Assembly (NCBI GenBank): GCA_001825665.1
Contig: MHXZ01000052.1
Span: forward strand, 5,574 to 69,573
DNA: 64,000 nt
DNA from: Planctomycetes bacterium GWF2_41_51
Lineage (GTDB): Bacteria > Planctomycetota > Phycisphaerae > Sedimentisphaerales > UBA12454
Direction of reading: 5' to 3'
A program made the position numbers and the translations under genes. How positions within the stretch are numbered: position 1 is the stretch's first letter; every line of letters begins with the position of its first letter. This document shows, one piece after another, positions 55,698 through 64,000 of the stretch. The notes beneath the pieces are model-generated. The model was not told the DNA's origin. It worked only from the letters and a program-made list of their open reading frames with translations, and made no database searches.

Positions 55698-56552
55698 ATG
55701 ATGAACACGGGCACAATAAAAGTTGCGACGTGCCAGTTTCCTGTCAGTGAAAATATTGAACGGAACTCAGAATATATCTGCGGATTTCTCAAAGAAGCGA
55801 AAAAACTCAATGCCGACATCGTCCATTTCTCTGAGGCTGCGTTGAGCGGTTATGCCGTTGCGGATTTCGAAAGTTTCGAAGGATACAATTGGCCTCTGCT
55901 TACCGGTGAAACGAAAAAAATTATGTCTTTGGCAGGCCGGCTGAAAATTTGGGTCGCTCTCGGAAGTTCTCACAGGCTGACTCCTCCGAATAAACCGCAC
56001 AATTGCCTTTATTTGATAAACCCAAAAGGCGAAATTGAAAACAGGTATGATAAACGTTTCTGCACCGAAGGCGATTTGTCGCATTACACTCCCGGCAACA
56101 GGTTCGTGATATTCGACCTTAACGGCGTCAAATGTGCATTGCTGATTTGTTTTGATTTGCGTTTCCCCGAAATTTACAGGGCATTAAACAAATTGAAAGT
56201 CCAATTTATCATTCAGTCATTTTATAATGCCCGTCAGAAAGAACAGAGCGTCCACCGTCATATCATCAGACAGACAATGCAGGCCAATTGCGCGTCGAAT
56301 TATTTCTGGGCAAGTATGTCGAACTCTTGCAGCCAAATCGCTCCCTATCCGTCATGTTTCATCCAGCCCGACGGCGAAATCATAAATGAATTAGAACTCA
56401 ATACCCCCGGCATAATGGTAAACACCGTTGATACATCTCTTTCATTCTACGACCCCTCTGCAAAATTCAGAGAAATAGCACTGAAAGGCATCTTAACCAA
56501 CGGCCCGCAAATTCTCGATGACCCAAGAAGCAAAGATACTAAAATTTTATAA
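55698..56552 (+). CDS. carbon-nitrogen hydrolase (nitrilase superfamily) protein
   Basis: Glu-Lys-Cys triad contexts (HFSEAAL, YDKRF, LLICFDLRFPE). Confidence 0.8.
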   Translation: MMNTGTIKVATCQFPVSENIERNSEYICGFLKEAKKLNADIVHFSEAALSGYAVADFESFEGYNWPLLTGETKKIMSLAGRLKIWVALGSSHRLTPPNKPHNCLYLINPKGEIENRYDKRFCTEGDLSHYTPGNRFVIFDLNGVKCALLICFDLRFPEIYRALNKLKVQFIIQSFYNARQKEQSVHRHIIRQTMQANCASNYFWASMSNSCSQIAPYPSCFIQPDGEIINELELNTPGIMVNTVDTSLSFYDPSAKFREIALKGILTNGPQILDDPRSKDTKIL

Positions 56553-56570
56553 CATTGCAGGAAGCACAAA

Positions 56571-57773
56571 ATGAAAAATACAACTGTAACATCACCCAAA
56601 GGATTTCTCGCTGCCGGTATTAGCGGCGGAATTAAGCAAAGCGGCAAAAAAGACATCGGCATCATCTGCTGCCCAACAGGCGCTGCAGCAGCCGCAGTCT
56701 TCACAACAAATAAAATCGTCTCAGCGGCAGTAACCATCTGCAAACAGCACGTAAAATCCGGTTACGCAGAAGCTGTCATCGTCAATTCCGGCAATGCCAA
56801 TACCTGCACAGGCAAACTCGGCCTGAAAAACGCGCAATCAATGTGCCAAACTGTCGCCGAACTTATCGATGCAGATGCAAACAGCGTTCTCATCGCATCG
56901 ACCGGAATCATCGGCCATCAGCTTCCAATTGTAAAGGTAAACAATGGAATCATTCTTGCCGCCGCAAATCTATCGAGCAGTCCTGATGCCGGAGGAGATT
57001 TCGCGCACGCTATAATGACCACTGATACAAAATGCAAACAGGCTCACAAAATCATCACCATCGGCGGCGCAAACATAACCATCGCCGGCACTACAAAAGG
57101 CGCCGGCATGATTGGCCCCAATATGGCTACCACGCTTTGCTTTATCACTACCGATGCCGCGATTTCAAAAACTCTCCTTCAAAAATCCTTAAAAGAAGCA
57201 ATCGGTAATTCATTAAATAAACTTACAGTTGACGGCCACCAAAGCACAAACGATACCGCGATAATCCTCGCATCTGGTCTCGCCGGAAATAAAAAAATTA
57301 ATAAGGCGGACGCACAGTATAAAAAATTTGCAGCGGCTCTCAAAGACCTCACAACAGATTTAGCAAAGCAAATGGCACTCGATGCCGAAGGCGCAACAAG
57401 AATGTTCACCGTTGTGATTAACGGCGCTGCGTCAAAAGACGAAGCTGTAAAGGCCGCTCGCGCAGTCGCCGATTACGACCTTGTTAAATGCGCTATCCAC
57501 GGCGGAGACCCCAATTGGGGCAGAATCATCTGCGCTGTCGGAAGCTGCGGCGTAAAATTGAATCCAAATAAACTAACCTGCACAATCGGCAGAGTTACTG
57601 TCTTTAAAAATGGCCAGCCCGTTAAATTCAATCCGAAGAAGGTTTCAAAAATAATTTCACAGAAAGAACATACGATAACTGTAAATCTCGGCGCCGGCAA
57701 ATTCAGCGACTTCTGCTTCGGCTGCGACCTGAGCAAAGATTATGTAACAATCAACGCCGATTATCATACATAA
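56571..57773 (+). CDS. argJ: bifunctional ornithine acetyltransferase / N-acetylglutamate synthase
   Basis: IMTTDT block and the autoprocessing-site context MATTLCFITTDA. Confidence 0.93.
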   Translation: MKNTTVTSPKGFLAAGISGGIKQSGKKDIGIICCPTGAAAAAVFTTNKIVSAAVTICKQHVKSGYAEAVIVNSGNANTCTGKLGLKNAQSMCQTVAELIDADANSVLIASTGIIGHQLPIVKVNNGIILAAANLSSSPDAGGDFAHAIMTTDTKCKQAHKIITIGGANITIAGTTKGAGMIGPNMATTLCFITTDAAISKTLLQKSLKEAIGNSLNKLTVDGHQSTNDTAIILASGLAGNKKINKADAQYKKFAAALKDLTTDLAKQMALDAEGATRMFTVVINGAASKDEAVKAARAVADYDLVKCAIHGGDPNWGRIICAVGSCGVKLNPNKLTCTIGRVTVFKNGQPVKFNPKKVSKIISQKEHTITVNLGAGKFSDFCFGCDLSKDYVTINADYHT

Positions 57774-59132
57774 TTAAATCACCAAATCTTCTGCCCGTTT
57801 GGTCTCTATCTCTTTTTTATGGCCCGCAACCAGAGACAAACCGAAAGTCAGTGGCCCCAATCTGCCCAGGTACATTAATATGATAAGAATGATTTTCGAC
57901 ATTGGTGTTACAGACCCTGTAATTCCAGTACTCAAGCCCACTGTTCCTAAAGCAGAAGCCGCCTCGAACAATATGCTTTCAAAATCCATCCGCCCTTCAG
58001 CCAATGATAAAAAATACGTTCCTATCAAAAGGAAGGTTACGTAAGAACAGAATACCGATGCAGCAAGTTTAACTCGGTAATCGGGAACGGTTCGTCCCCA
58101 GAACGACACTTCTTTCTCACCGTGTATCGTGCTTCGCATAAGTCCCCAAAGAGCCGAAAATGTCGTCGATTTCAAACCTCCGCCTGTGCCGGATGGGGAC
58201 GCTCCTATCACCATCAAAACTATTATCACCAAAAGAGACGCCCTGCTCAGGCTCCCTATTGGTATTGTGTTAAATCCCACAGTAGTCATCGACGTCATCA
58301 CCTGAAAAAATGATGCCACCAGTCGCTGGTCAGGCGGTAAATTTTTTATGCTCGGTTCTGTTATAAAAAAGATAAATATTCCAATTACGCTTAGGTAAAA
58401 TGTAGCCCATAAAATTATTTTTGTTGTCAGTGTTACGTTTTCAACTTTTCCCTGGAGCTTTCGCCAAATATCGACAAAAACTATAAATCCTACTGCTCCG
58501 AGATAACTCAAAAAAGCTATTACAATATTCAAACCCACATGCGAAGTATAATTTTCAAAACTGTTATCATAAAGACTGAAACCGGCAGTGCAAAATGAAG
58601 ATATGCTGTGAAATATCGCAGACCAGAAAGCGCCTTCGATTCCCGCTTTTCGCAACATGATATAAATTAAAATCGCGCCCACGGTTTCTATCGAAATAGT
58701 AAATATTATTACGCTCCTGATAAATTTATAAACCTTGAAAGTTTCCGGAAGCGCGAAAACAACATTGGCAATATTCATTCTTTCTATCCTCAAAGGCCGC
58801 CTTTGAGCCAGAAATATAAATGAGCCAAACGTCATATATCCGATTCCGCCAAGTTGAATCAAAATCAATACTAATATTTGACCAGCAATATTATAAGTTC
58901 CCGATACGCTGACTGTTACAAGGCCGGTTGTTGAAACCGCTGATGTGGAAATAAACAAATGATCGAGAACACTTGCCGCCGCTGCTGGCTTATGCATAAA
59001 AGGAAAACAAAGAAACACCCAGCCCACAAAAATATATATCAAATATCCCAATACTACGTGTCTGACCGGATGTATCCTGAAATAAGATGCTATGATATTT
59101 TCAATGCTTTTCTTTATTGCTTGAAGATACAT
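57774..59132 (-). CDS. TrkH/KtrB-family potassium transporter subunit
   Basis: 452-aa polytopic protein with repeated pore-loop TTVGF/STGLxT-like motifs. Confidence 0.85.
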   Translation of the reverse strand: MYLQAIKKSIENIIASYFRIHPVRHVVLGYLIYIFVGWVFLCFPFMHKPAAAASVLDHLFISTSAVSTTGLVTVSVSGTYNIAGQILVLILIQLGGIGYMTFGSFIFLAQRRPLRIERMNIANVVFALPETFKVYKFIRSVIIFTISIETVGAILIYIMLRKAGIEGAFWSAIFHSISSFCTAGFSLYDNSFENYTSHVGLNIVIAFLSYLGAVGFIVFVDIWRKLQGKVENVTLTTKIILWATFYLSVIGIFIFFITEPSIKNLPPDQRLVASFFQVMTSMTTVGFNTIPIGSLSRASLLVIIVLMVIGASPSGTGGGLKSTTFSALWGLMRSTIHGEKEVSFWGRTVPDYRVKLAASVFCSYVTFLLIGTYFLSLAEGRMDFESILFEAASALGTVGLSTGITGSVTPMSKIILIILMYLGRLGPLTFGLSLVAGHKKEIETKRAEDLVI

Positions 59133-59239
59133 AAATCCCTTTTTAAACTCGAATTGAGAAATAATGGTGTATTTTATACCCAGAAGTGGTTATGAGCAAA
59201 TCTTTTTTCTAACAAAAATCTCTTGTTATGAGTTTTTAG

Positions 59240-60415
59240 TTATATCGTAAATCTCTCATAATGTATTTTGGTTGAAGGTACTTTCAAGTCCTTAAGGTAA
59301 TTCACCATCGTCTCCATCATCTTCGGCGGCCCGCACAGAAAAACATCTGCCTCAGGAAGAATATCTTGTGCATTTTCCTCGATAATGTTTTTTGTAATAT
59401 GTCCTTTTAAACCTTTCCAGTCTTTCTCCGCATCCGACAGAATATGAACAACTTTGAAATTCCCCGGCAAATTCTCCATCTCTGTTTTAAATATAATATC
59501 GTTAAAAGCACGATTGGCATAAAGAACGACTACTCGCCTTTTATCATTGGTATCTCGCAAATATCTTATCATACTCATTATTGGCGTTATGCCTACCCCG
59601 CCCGCTATAAACAGCAGAGATTTCGATTTCGTGTATAAAAAACTAAACTTGCCGTAAGGCCCTTCAATAACAGCTTTATCGCTGATAAATGTTTGATTTA
59701 TCGTATTCGTATAATTGCCCGATTGCTTGATCGTATTTTGCAAAAACCCTCCCTGAGTCGGTGAAGATGAAATCGTAAATGGATGTGTTTCGCTTTTTCG
59801 GCCGGGTCGCCTTAATTTTAGAAAAAGAAATTGCCCCGGCTTATATTCAAAACGATTTCCTTTTTCCGGAAGGTATGTAAGCGTAAAAGTATTATGCGTT
59901 ACCTGCTCTATCGATTTAATATTATATTTTTTTCGAATAAATAGCGGTATATAAAAATTTCGAAGTAAAACCGCCATTGCAAAAACTGTTAATAGCACCC
60001 ACCACAATATCCTCATCCCGGCATTTTGCAAATCTGGCCCAATCAAATAAGAATGAATGAAAGCCGCAACAACTACAATCGGCATCATCTTATGAATTAC
60101 CCGCCAGACATTATAATCCATCCCGAAAGCTTCGAATGACAATGCCAGAACAATATTAACAAAAGCGATTCCATAAGCTATCTGCCCCATTACTATCGCA
60201 AAATTTTGAACCTTTATCAGCGACAGCATAATAATGATATGCGTTGTAAGAAGTAATCCAATTATAATGCCCAGATATCTGTGAAAATTCGTAAGCCTGT
60301 CGAGCCCAAAAATTCTTTCAAGCGGTTTAAAACGGCAAGTAAGTACGATCTGCAAAATCAATAAGCAGAATGAAATTAATCCCAGCGCCAGCCCTGTTTT
60401 TAGAATTATGTTCAT
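59240..60415 (-). CDS. NOX/FRE-type flavocytochrome (ferric-reductase TM domain + FAD + NAD(P)H domains)
   Basis: TM His pairs H-x13-H (FHRYLGIIIGLLLTTH) and H-x12-H (IHKMMPIVVVAAFIH). HPFT, EGPYG, GGVGITP and CGPP motifs. Confidence 0.8.
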   Translation of the reverse strand: MNIILKTGLALGLISFCLLILQIVLTCRFKPLERIFGLDRLTNFHRYLGIIIGLLLTTHIIIMLSLIKVQNFAIVMGQIAYGIAFVNIVLALSFEAFGMDYNVWRVIHKMMPIVVVAAFIHSYLIGPDLQNAGMRILWWVLLTVFAMAVLLRNFYIPLFIRKKYNIKSIEQVTHNTFTLTYLPEKGNRFEYKPGQFLFLKLRRPGRKSETHPFTISSSPTQGGFLQNTIKQSGNYTNTINQTFISDKAVIEGPYGKFSFLYTKSKSLLFIAGGVGITPIMSMIRYLRDTNDKRRVVVLYANRAFNDIIFKTEMENLPGNFKVVHILSDAEKDWKGLKGHITKNIIEENAQDILPEADVFLCGPPKMMETMVNYLKDLKVPSTKIHYERFTI

Positions 60416-60422
60416 TCTCTTG

Positions 60423-60767
60423 TTATTTGCGGAATACTCCGGTCAGCAGCATTAGAAACGCAATCACTGCGGCTGCTGCATGAATACCGATAAGCGGTTT
60501 CGGCAGCATTCCTTTTTTCAAATGGCTTCCGAATAATACCGCACCTCCCAATGCCGCAATGACAAACAAAACCAGCGCGTAATTTGCTATTGTAGTCGTT
60601 TGACCTTGTGCCGCGGAGATTATCAATACGACCAATCCGCTTGCCGCAAACAAACCATGAAGCAGCGCACCGCCGATTGTTAATTTTCCTTTAGTGTACA
60701 TCACAGCAAGAGTCACACCTGCTAAAGCGGCTATCGCAAAAAGTATTAGGGATACTACATTTATCAT
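60423..60767 (-). CDS. hypothetical 4-TM membrane protein
   Basis: The ATG at 60767 is preceded by AGGAG. About 114 aa with four hydrophobic helices carrying conserved-looking His residues. Ends 7 nt before the NOX-like gene starts. Confidence 0.55.
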   Translation of the reverse strand: MINVVSLILFAIAALAGVTLAVMYTKGKLTIGGALLHGLFAASGLVVLIISAAQGQTTTIANYALVLFVIAALGGAVLFGSHLKKGMLPKPLIGIHAAAAVIAFLMLLTGVFRK

Positions 60768-60941
60768 TTTAATCTCCTTTTTCTCATAATTATCACATCG
60801 TTTATTTTCGCTGTAAATAAGGAATATACTCAATTTCCCTCATGCGATTTGCTCTGATAATAATATTATATCAGCTTTAAACTTGTCTTGAATTTCACGT
60901 TTATGTATAATACCGCCAATCCTGATTACAGATTTACTATT

Positions 60942-62606
60942 ATGCAAATTCGATTATCTTTATTGGCGTTTATCATTGCGGCTTGCTGGTTTACCGAAGT
61001 CTCCGCAGCATCATCTCTCTCGATTGACGAATTGACAGCTAAAGCACAATCAGGCGATTTAGATAGCCAGCTCTCACTTGCTCTGATGTATCAGTTAGGC
61101 CGCAGCGTGCCAAAAGATTACAACCAGTCAATTATGTGGTACACAAAAGCCGCCGAGCAAGGCAGTGCAAAAGCCCAATACGAACTCGGCCAAATCTGTG
61201 AAAACGGCCGCGGCACAGTCCAAAATTATATTCAGGCTTTTCAATGGTATGCACAAGCCGCCGTGCAGGAGTATGCAAAAGCACAATACAGCCTCGCACT
61301 TTTATACAGTAAGGGCCTTGGCGTGGGCCGAGATTACCCCGAAGCGGCCGCATGGTTTGCCAGAGCCGCAAATCAGGGTCTCGCCGATGCTCAATACCAA
61401 CTTGGACTTATGTATTATAAAGGCACCGGCATCGAACAGGACGACTCGCTCGCCGAAAAATGGCTCACAAAAGCCGCAATGCAAAACAATGCAAAAGCTC
61501 AATACCAGCTTGGTCTGCTTTATTGCAAAGACCGCGGCGACGAAAAACCACACAATTACAAAGAAGCTGTTAGATGGTTCTCAAAAGCAGGCGCCGCCGG
61601 CAATATCGATGCTCAATATCTCCTCGGCGTTATGTACTGCAGAGCCGAAGGAGTTCCGCAGGATTACAAAACCGCCGCGAAATGGTTCATCAAGGCCGCC
61701 TCACAAGGTTCCACCCGCGCCCAGCTTGTTCTCGGCGCATGCTATTGGAACGGCAAAGGCGTTAATATCGATTACGCCGAAAGCTTAAAATGGATGTCGC
61801 TCGCTTCGATGAACGGCGATAAAGATGCAAAATGGCTAAAAGAAGAACTTCGCGAAAAAATGTCACCGGCAGAAATTGAAGATGCACAAAAGAGAATTAA
61901 CAGGGTAACAAAATTAAAAGGTTATCTCGTAAAAAAAGATGCACCAAAAGGTGACCCCGCCGGCTTCACCGCGAACTCTGAAATCACATCAACCGGTTTT
62001 TTCATCACCTCTGACGGCTATATTCTCACTGCCAACCATTCAGTCGGGAAATCAGGCAGCGTTAACATCCTCTACAATCAAAAAAAATATCCCGCTCAAG
62101 TAATTGCTAAAAACGATTCTATTGATGCCGCTATTTTAAAAATCGATGGCAATGATTTTTCATATCTCCCGATTTCTCCCGATAAAACCGCTCAAACCGG
62201 CGATTTGGTTTTCACAATGGGTTATCCTCAAATCTCTCTCCAGGGCACAGAACCCAAATTCACCGAAGGTTCCATTAGTGCTCTTTCCGGCACAGGCGAC
62301 AATCCCCAGTTTTTCCAAATCAGCGTTCCCGTTCAGCCTGGCAATTCAGGCGGCCCGCTTGTAAATGACAAAGGCGAAGTCATTGGCCTGATTATCGCAA
62401 GACTAAATGACATATCAGCGCTCATGACTACCGGCACAGTTCCTCAGAACGTAAATTATGCATTAAAAAGCTCAATCGTTTTATCTTTTTTACAAACCAT
62501 CCCAGATCTTCCGGCAAAAATAAAATCTCACGGTTTTATGCAGGACAGAACCGCCGCAATCGACAGAGCAAAAAAATCCGTCGTCCTGATTACTTCATAC
62601 AATTAA
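60942..62606 (+). CDS. Sel1-repeat protein fused to a trypsin-like (S1C/HtrA-like) serine peptidase domain
   Basis: Signal peptide, about 8 Sel1 repeats (A..G...AQY.LG.MY..G.GV), then His/Asp/Ser contexts TANHSV, DAAILKI and GNSGGPLVN. No PDZ domain. Confidence 0.8.
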   Translation: MQIRLSLLAFIIAACWFTEVSAASSLSIDELTAKAQSGDLDSQLSLALMYQLGRSVPKDYNQSIMWYTKAAEQGSAKAQYELGQICENGRGTVQNYIQAFQWYAQAAVQEYAKAQYSLALLYSKGLGVGRDYPEAAAWFARAANQGLADAQYQLGLMYYKGTGIEQDDSLAEKWLTKAAMQNNAKAQYQLGLLYCKDRGDEKPHNYKEAVRWFSKAGAAGNIDAQYLLGVMYCRAEGVPQDYKTAAKWFIKAASQGSTRAQLVLGACYWNGKGVNIDYAESLKWMSLASMNGDKDAKWLKEELREKMSPAEIEDAQKRINRVTKLKGYLVKKDAPKGDPAGFTANSEITSTGFFITSDGYILTANHSVGKSGSVNILYNQKKYPAQVIAKNDSIDAAILKIDGNDFSYLPISPDKTAQTGDLVFTMGYPQISLQGTEPKFTEGSISALSGTGDNPQFFQISVPVQPGNSGGPLVNDKGEVIGLIIARLNDISALMTTGTVPQNVNYALKSSIVLSFLQTIPDLPAKIKSHGFMQDRTAAIDRAKKSVVLITSYN

Positions 62607-62954
62607 AAAATGGGGTCAGGAGCTATTTAATTTAGGCTGTTTGCGTAAAACAGGAAATTTTCAAACACCTTAAAGGTGGTCAGCAGTCTTTTTTTCGAGA
62701 GCGCACCATAACATCTTATTGCATAATGACTTATATTTTAAACAATTGAACGATTTTTCTTGGTCTTATTTATAGACCAATTCGAAATTTTTAGTGCGTT
62801 ATTTCCTTGCAAAAAAATTGATTATCTATACACTGTCCCTAATTTCGCGCATAGAAAAATTTTATGCCGTTGCTTATGTCTCTTTGATAAAGTAACTCAA
62901 TGCTAAAATGAGTTTCAAATAATCTTAAATTTATTTTTATAAGGAGTTGTTAAA

Positions 62955-64000
62955 GTGAAAAATTTGATTGCAAAAACTGGATTTTTGTTCGCTGTCCTGT
63001 TTATGTCGGCAGCAGCGTTCGCACAGGAAGGTGCGGTGGAATCTGTCGTTGATTCCGTAGGTGCGATACCCGCCCTTTGGTGGATTGCTCCGATATCCTC
63101 TATCGCGGCTCTTGTATTCGCGTTTATGTTTTACAAGATGATGATGGGTGCAAATCCCGGAACCCCGAAAATGATTGAAATCGCACAGTATGTAAAGGAA
63201 GGCGCTTACGCTTACCTTTTCAGACAATACAGAGTTGTCGCAATGGTCTTTGTCGTGCTCCTAATCATATTCGCTATACTTGCTAAAATGGGAATTCAAA
63301 ATCCATTTGTGCCTGTCGCGTTCTTAACAGGCGGTCTCTTTAGCGGCATTTGCGGATTCCTCGGTATGAAAACCGCGACAAACGCTTCCAACAGAACTGC
63401 CCAGGGCGCCAGCGAAGGCCTAAATAAAGGTCTTCAGGTTGCCTTCAGAAGCGGCGCTGTTATGGGTCTTGTCGTCGTAGGTTTCGGCCTTCTCGATATT
63501 TCACTTTGGTTCCTAATTCTCGATAAAATCGTTTATACCGCAGCAAATATGGCAAATGGTCTTTCTTTCCTCGGCCTCCAGCTCGTGCCCGCCGGAATGC
63601 ATCACGACCATAAACTCGTCGAGATCACAACTACAATGATTACTTTCGGTATGGGTGCTTCAACACAGGCTCTCTTCGCAAGAGTCGGCGGCGGTATCTA
63701 CACAAAAGCCGCTGACGTAGGCGCTGACCTCGTCGGTAAAGTAGAAGCCGGAATTCCGGAAGATGACCCCAGAAACCCCGCAACAATCGCAGACAATGTT
63801 GGCGATAACGTAGGCGACGTCGCTGGTATGGGTGCAGACCTTTACGAAAGCTATTGCGGCTCGATTCTCGCAACAATGGCTCTCGGCGCTGCTATGGCAA
63901 TGAAAACACAGTCTGATGTTTTAAAATCAGTTCTGGCTCCTATGGTCGTGGCAGGTATTGGCATCATACTTTCGATTATCGGTATCTTTATGGTAAGATG
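62955..64000 (+). CDS. hppA: membrane-bound proton/sodium-translocating pyrophosphatase, 5' part (continues beyond window)
   Basis: GTG start 8 nt after AGGAG. The hand translation contains GGGIYTKAADVGADLVGKVE and DNVGDNVGDVAGMGADL. It is absent from the ORF track because there is no stop codon in the window. Confidence 0.9.
   Translation, partial: MKNLIAKTGFLFAVLFMSAAAFAQEGAVESVVDSVGAIPALWWIAPISSIAALVFAFMFYKMMMGANPGTPKMIEIAQYVKEGAYAYLFRQYRVVAMVFVVLLIIFAILAKMGIQNPFVPVAFLTGGLFSGICGFLGMKTATNASNRTAQGASEGLNKGLQVAFRSGAVMGLVVVGFGLLDISLWFLILDKIVYTAANMANGLSFLGLQLVPAGMHHDHKLVEITTTMITFGMGASTQALFARVGGGIYTKAADVGADLVGKVEAGIPEDDPRNPATIADNVGDNVGDVAGMGADLYESYCGSILATMALGAAMAMKTQSDVLKSVLAPMVVAGIGIILSIIGIFMVR

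Noticed and set aside
61165-61788. 207-aa alternative-frame ORF inside the Sel1-repeat region
   Set aside because: It is an out-of-frame artefact of the repetitive, GC-richer Sel1 coding repeats. The main frame has clear Sel1 consensus and a signal peptide.
62937-63876. Two minus-strand ORFs (62937-63227 and 63640-63876) in the ORF track
   Set aside because: Both are antisense to the strongly conserved pyrophosphatase (hppA) reading frame. That frame is missing from the track only because it has no stop within the window.

Overview
This 64-kb window is a gene-dense chromosomal segment: about 60 CDS, one tRNA-Lys(UUU) and one TPP riboswitch. I saw no rRNA, CRISPR array, transposase or integrase. 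The gene content points to an anaerobic Gram-negative bacterium. The evidence is desulfoferrodoxin, rubredoxin, a rubrerythrin-like protein, a short-form hybrid-cluster protein, HypF/HypC, a B12-dependent class II RNR and ThiH-type thiazole synthesis. PEP-CTERM and dockerin-like sorting tags, a DUF1570-like protein and a sialate O-acetylesterase suggest a PVC/Planctomycetota-like (Phycisphaerae-type) lineage, but this is inference only.

Main blocks, in order:
- paaK-like fragment, then a TRAP transporter operon interrupted by an Abi_2/HEPN gene
- MBL hydrolase, NupC, CPBP protease
- endoIII-like, hypF, hypC
- an O2-defence run: dfx, ferritin, diiron protein, rubredoxin, zwf
- rrf2, hcp, cupin, FeS protein, permease
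- asnS, glyQS
- TPP riboswitch with thiFSGH
- prmC, pheT, an SSS symporter
- a secreted-protease pair: a PEP-CTERM cysteine peptidase and an S8 peptidase with dockerin-like repeats
- tRNA-Lys flanked by paralogous hairpins
- amrA, maf
- a 520-bp non-coding region containing GC hairpin repeats, phased T-tracts and a structured terminator-bearing RNA
- an HTH/acidic/2-TM/lysine-tail protein followed by an OmpA-like lipoprotein
- ligA, ribD, a cofE-like gene, the esterase, uvrC
- NrdR boxes and nrdJ
- rplM-rpsI, and argC, a CN-hydrolase, argJ
- trkH, a NOX/FRE-type bis-haem flavocytochrome with a 4-TM partner, a Sel1-trypsin fusion, and the 5' part of hppA

Two real genes are missing from the ORF track: rubredoxin (54 aa) and hppA (no stop codon inside the window). 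No single obvious large novel multi-gene system is visible. The most unusual loci are:
- the Abi insertion in the TRAP operon
- the tandem terminators with CU-rich loops at 31.05-31.28 kb
- the hairpins flanking the tRNA
- the 39.66-42.5 kb non-coding region plus the membrane/DNA-binding-like gene pair
- the NOX-like gene in an anaerobe

All functional calls come from reading the translations for motifs. No database search was run.
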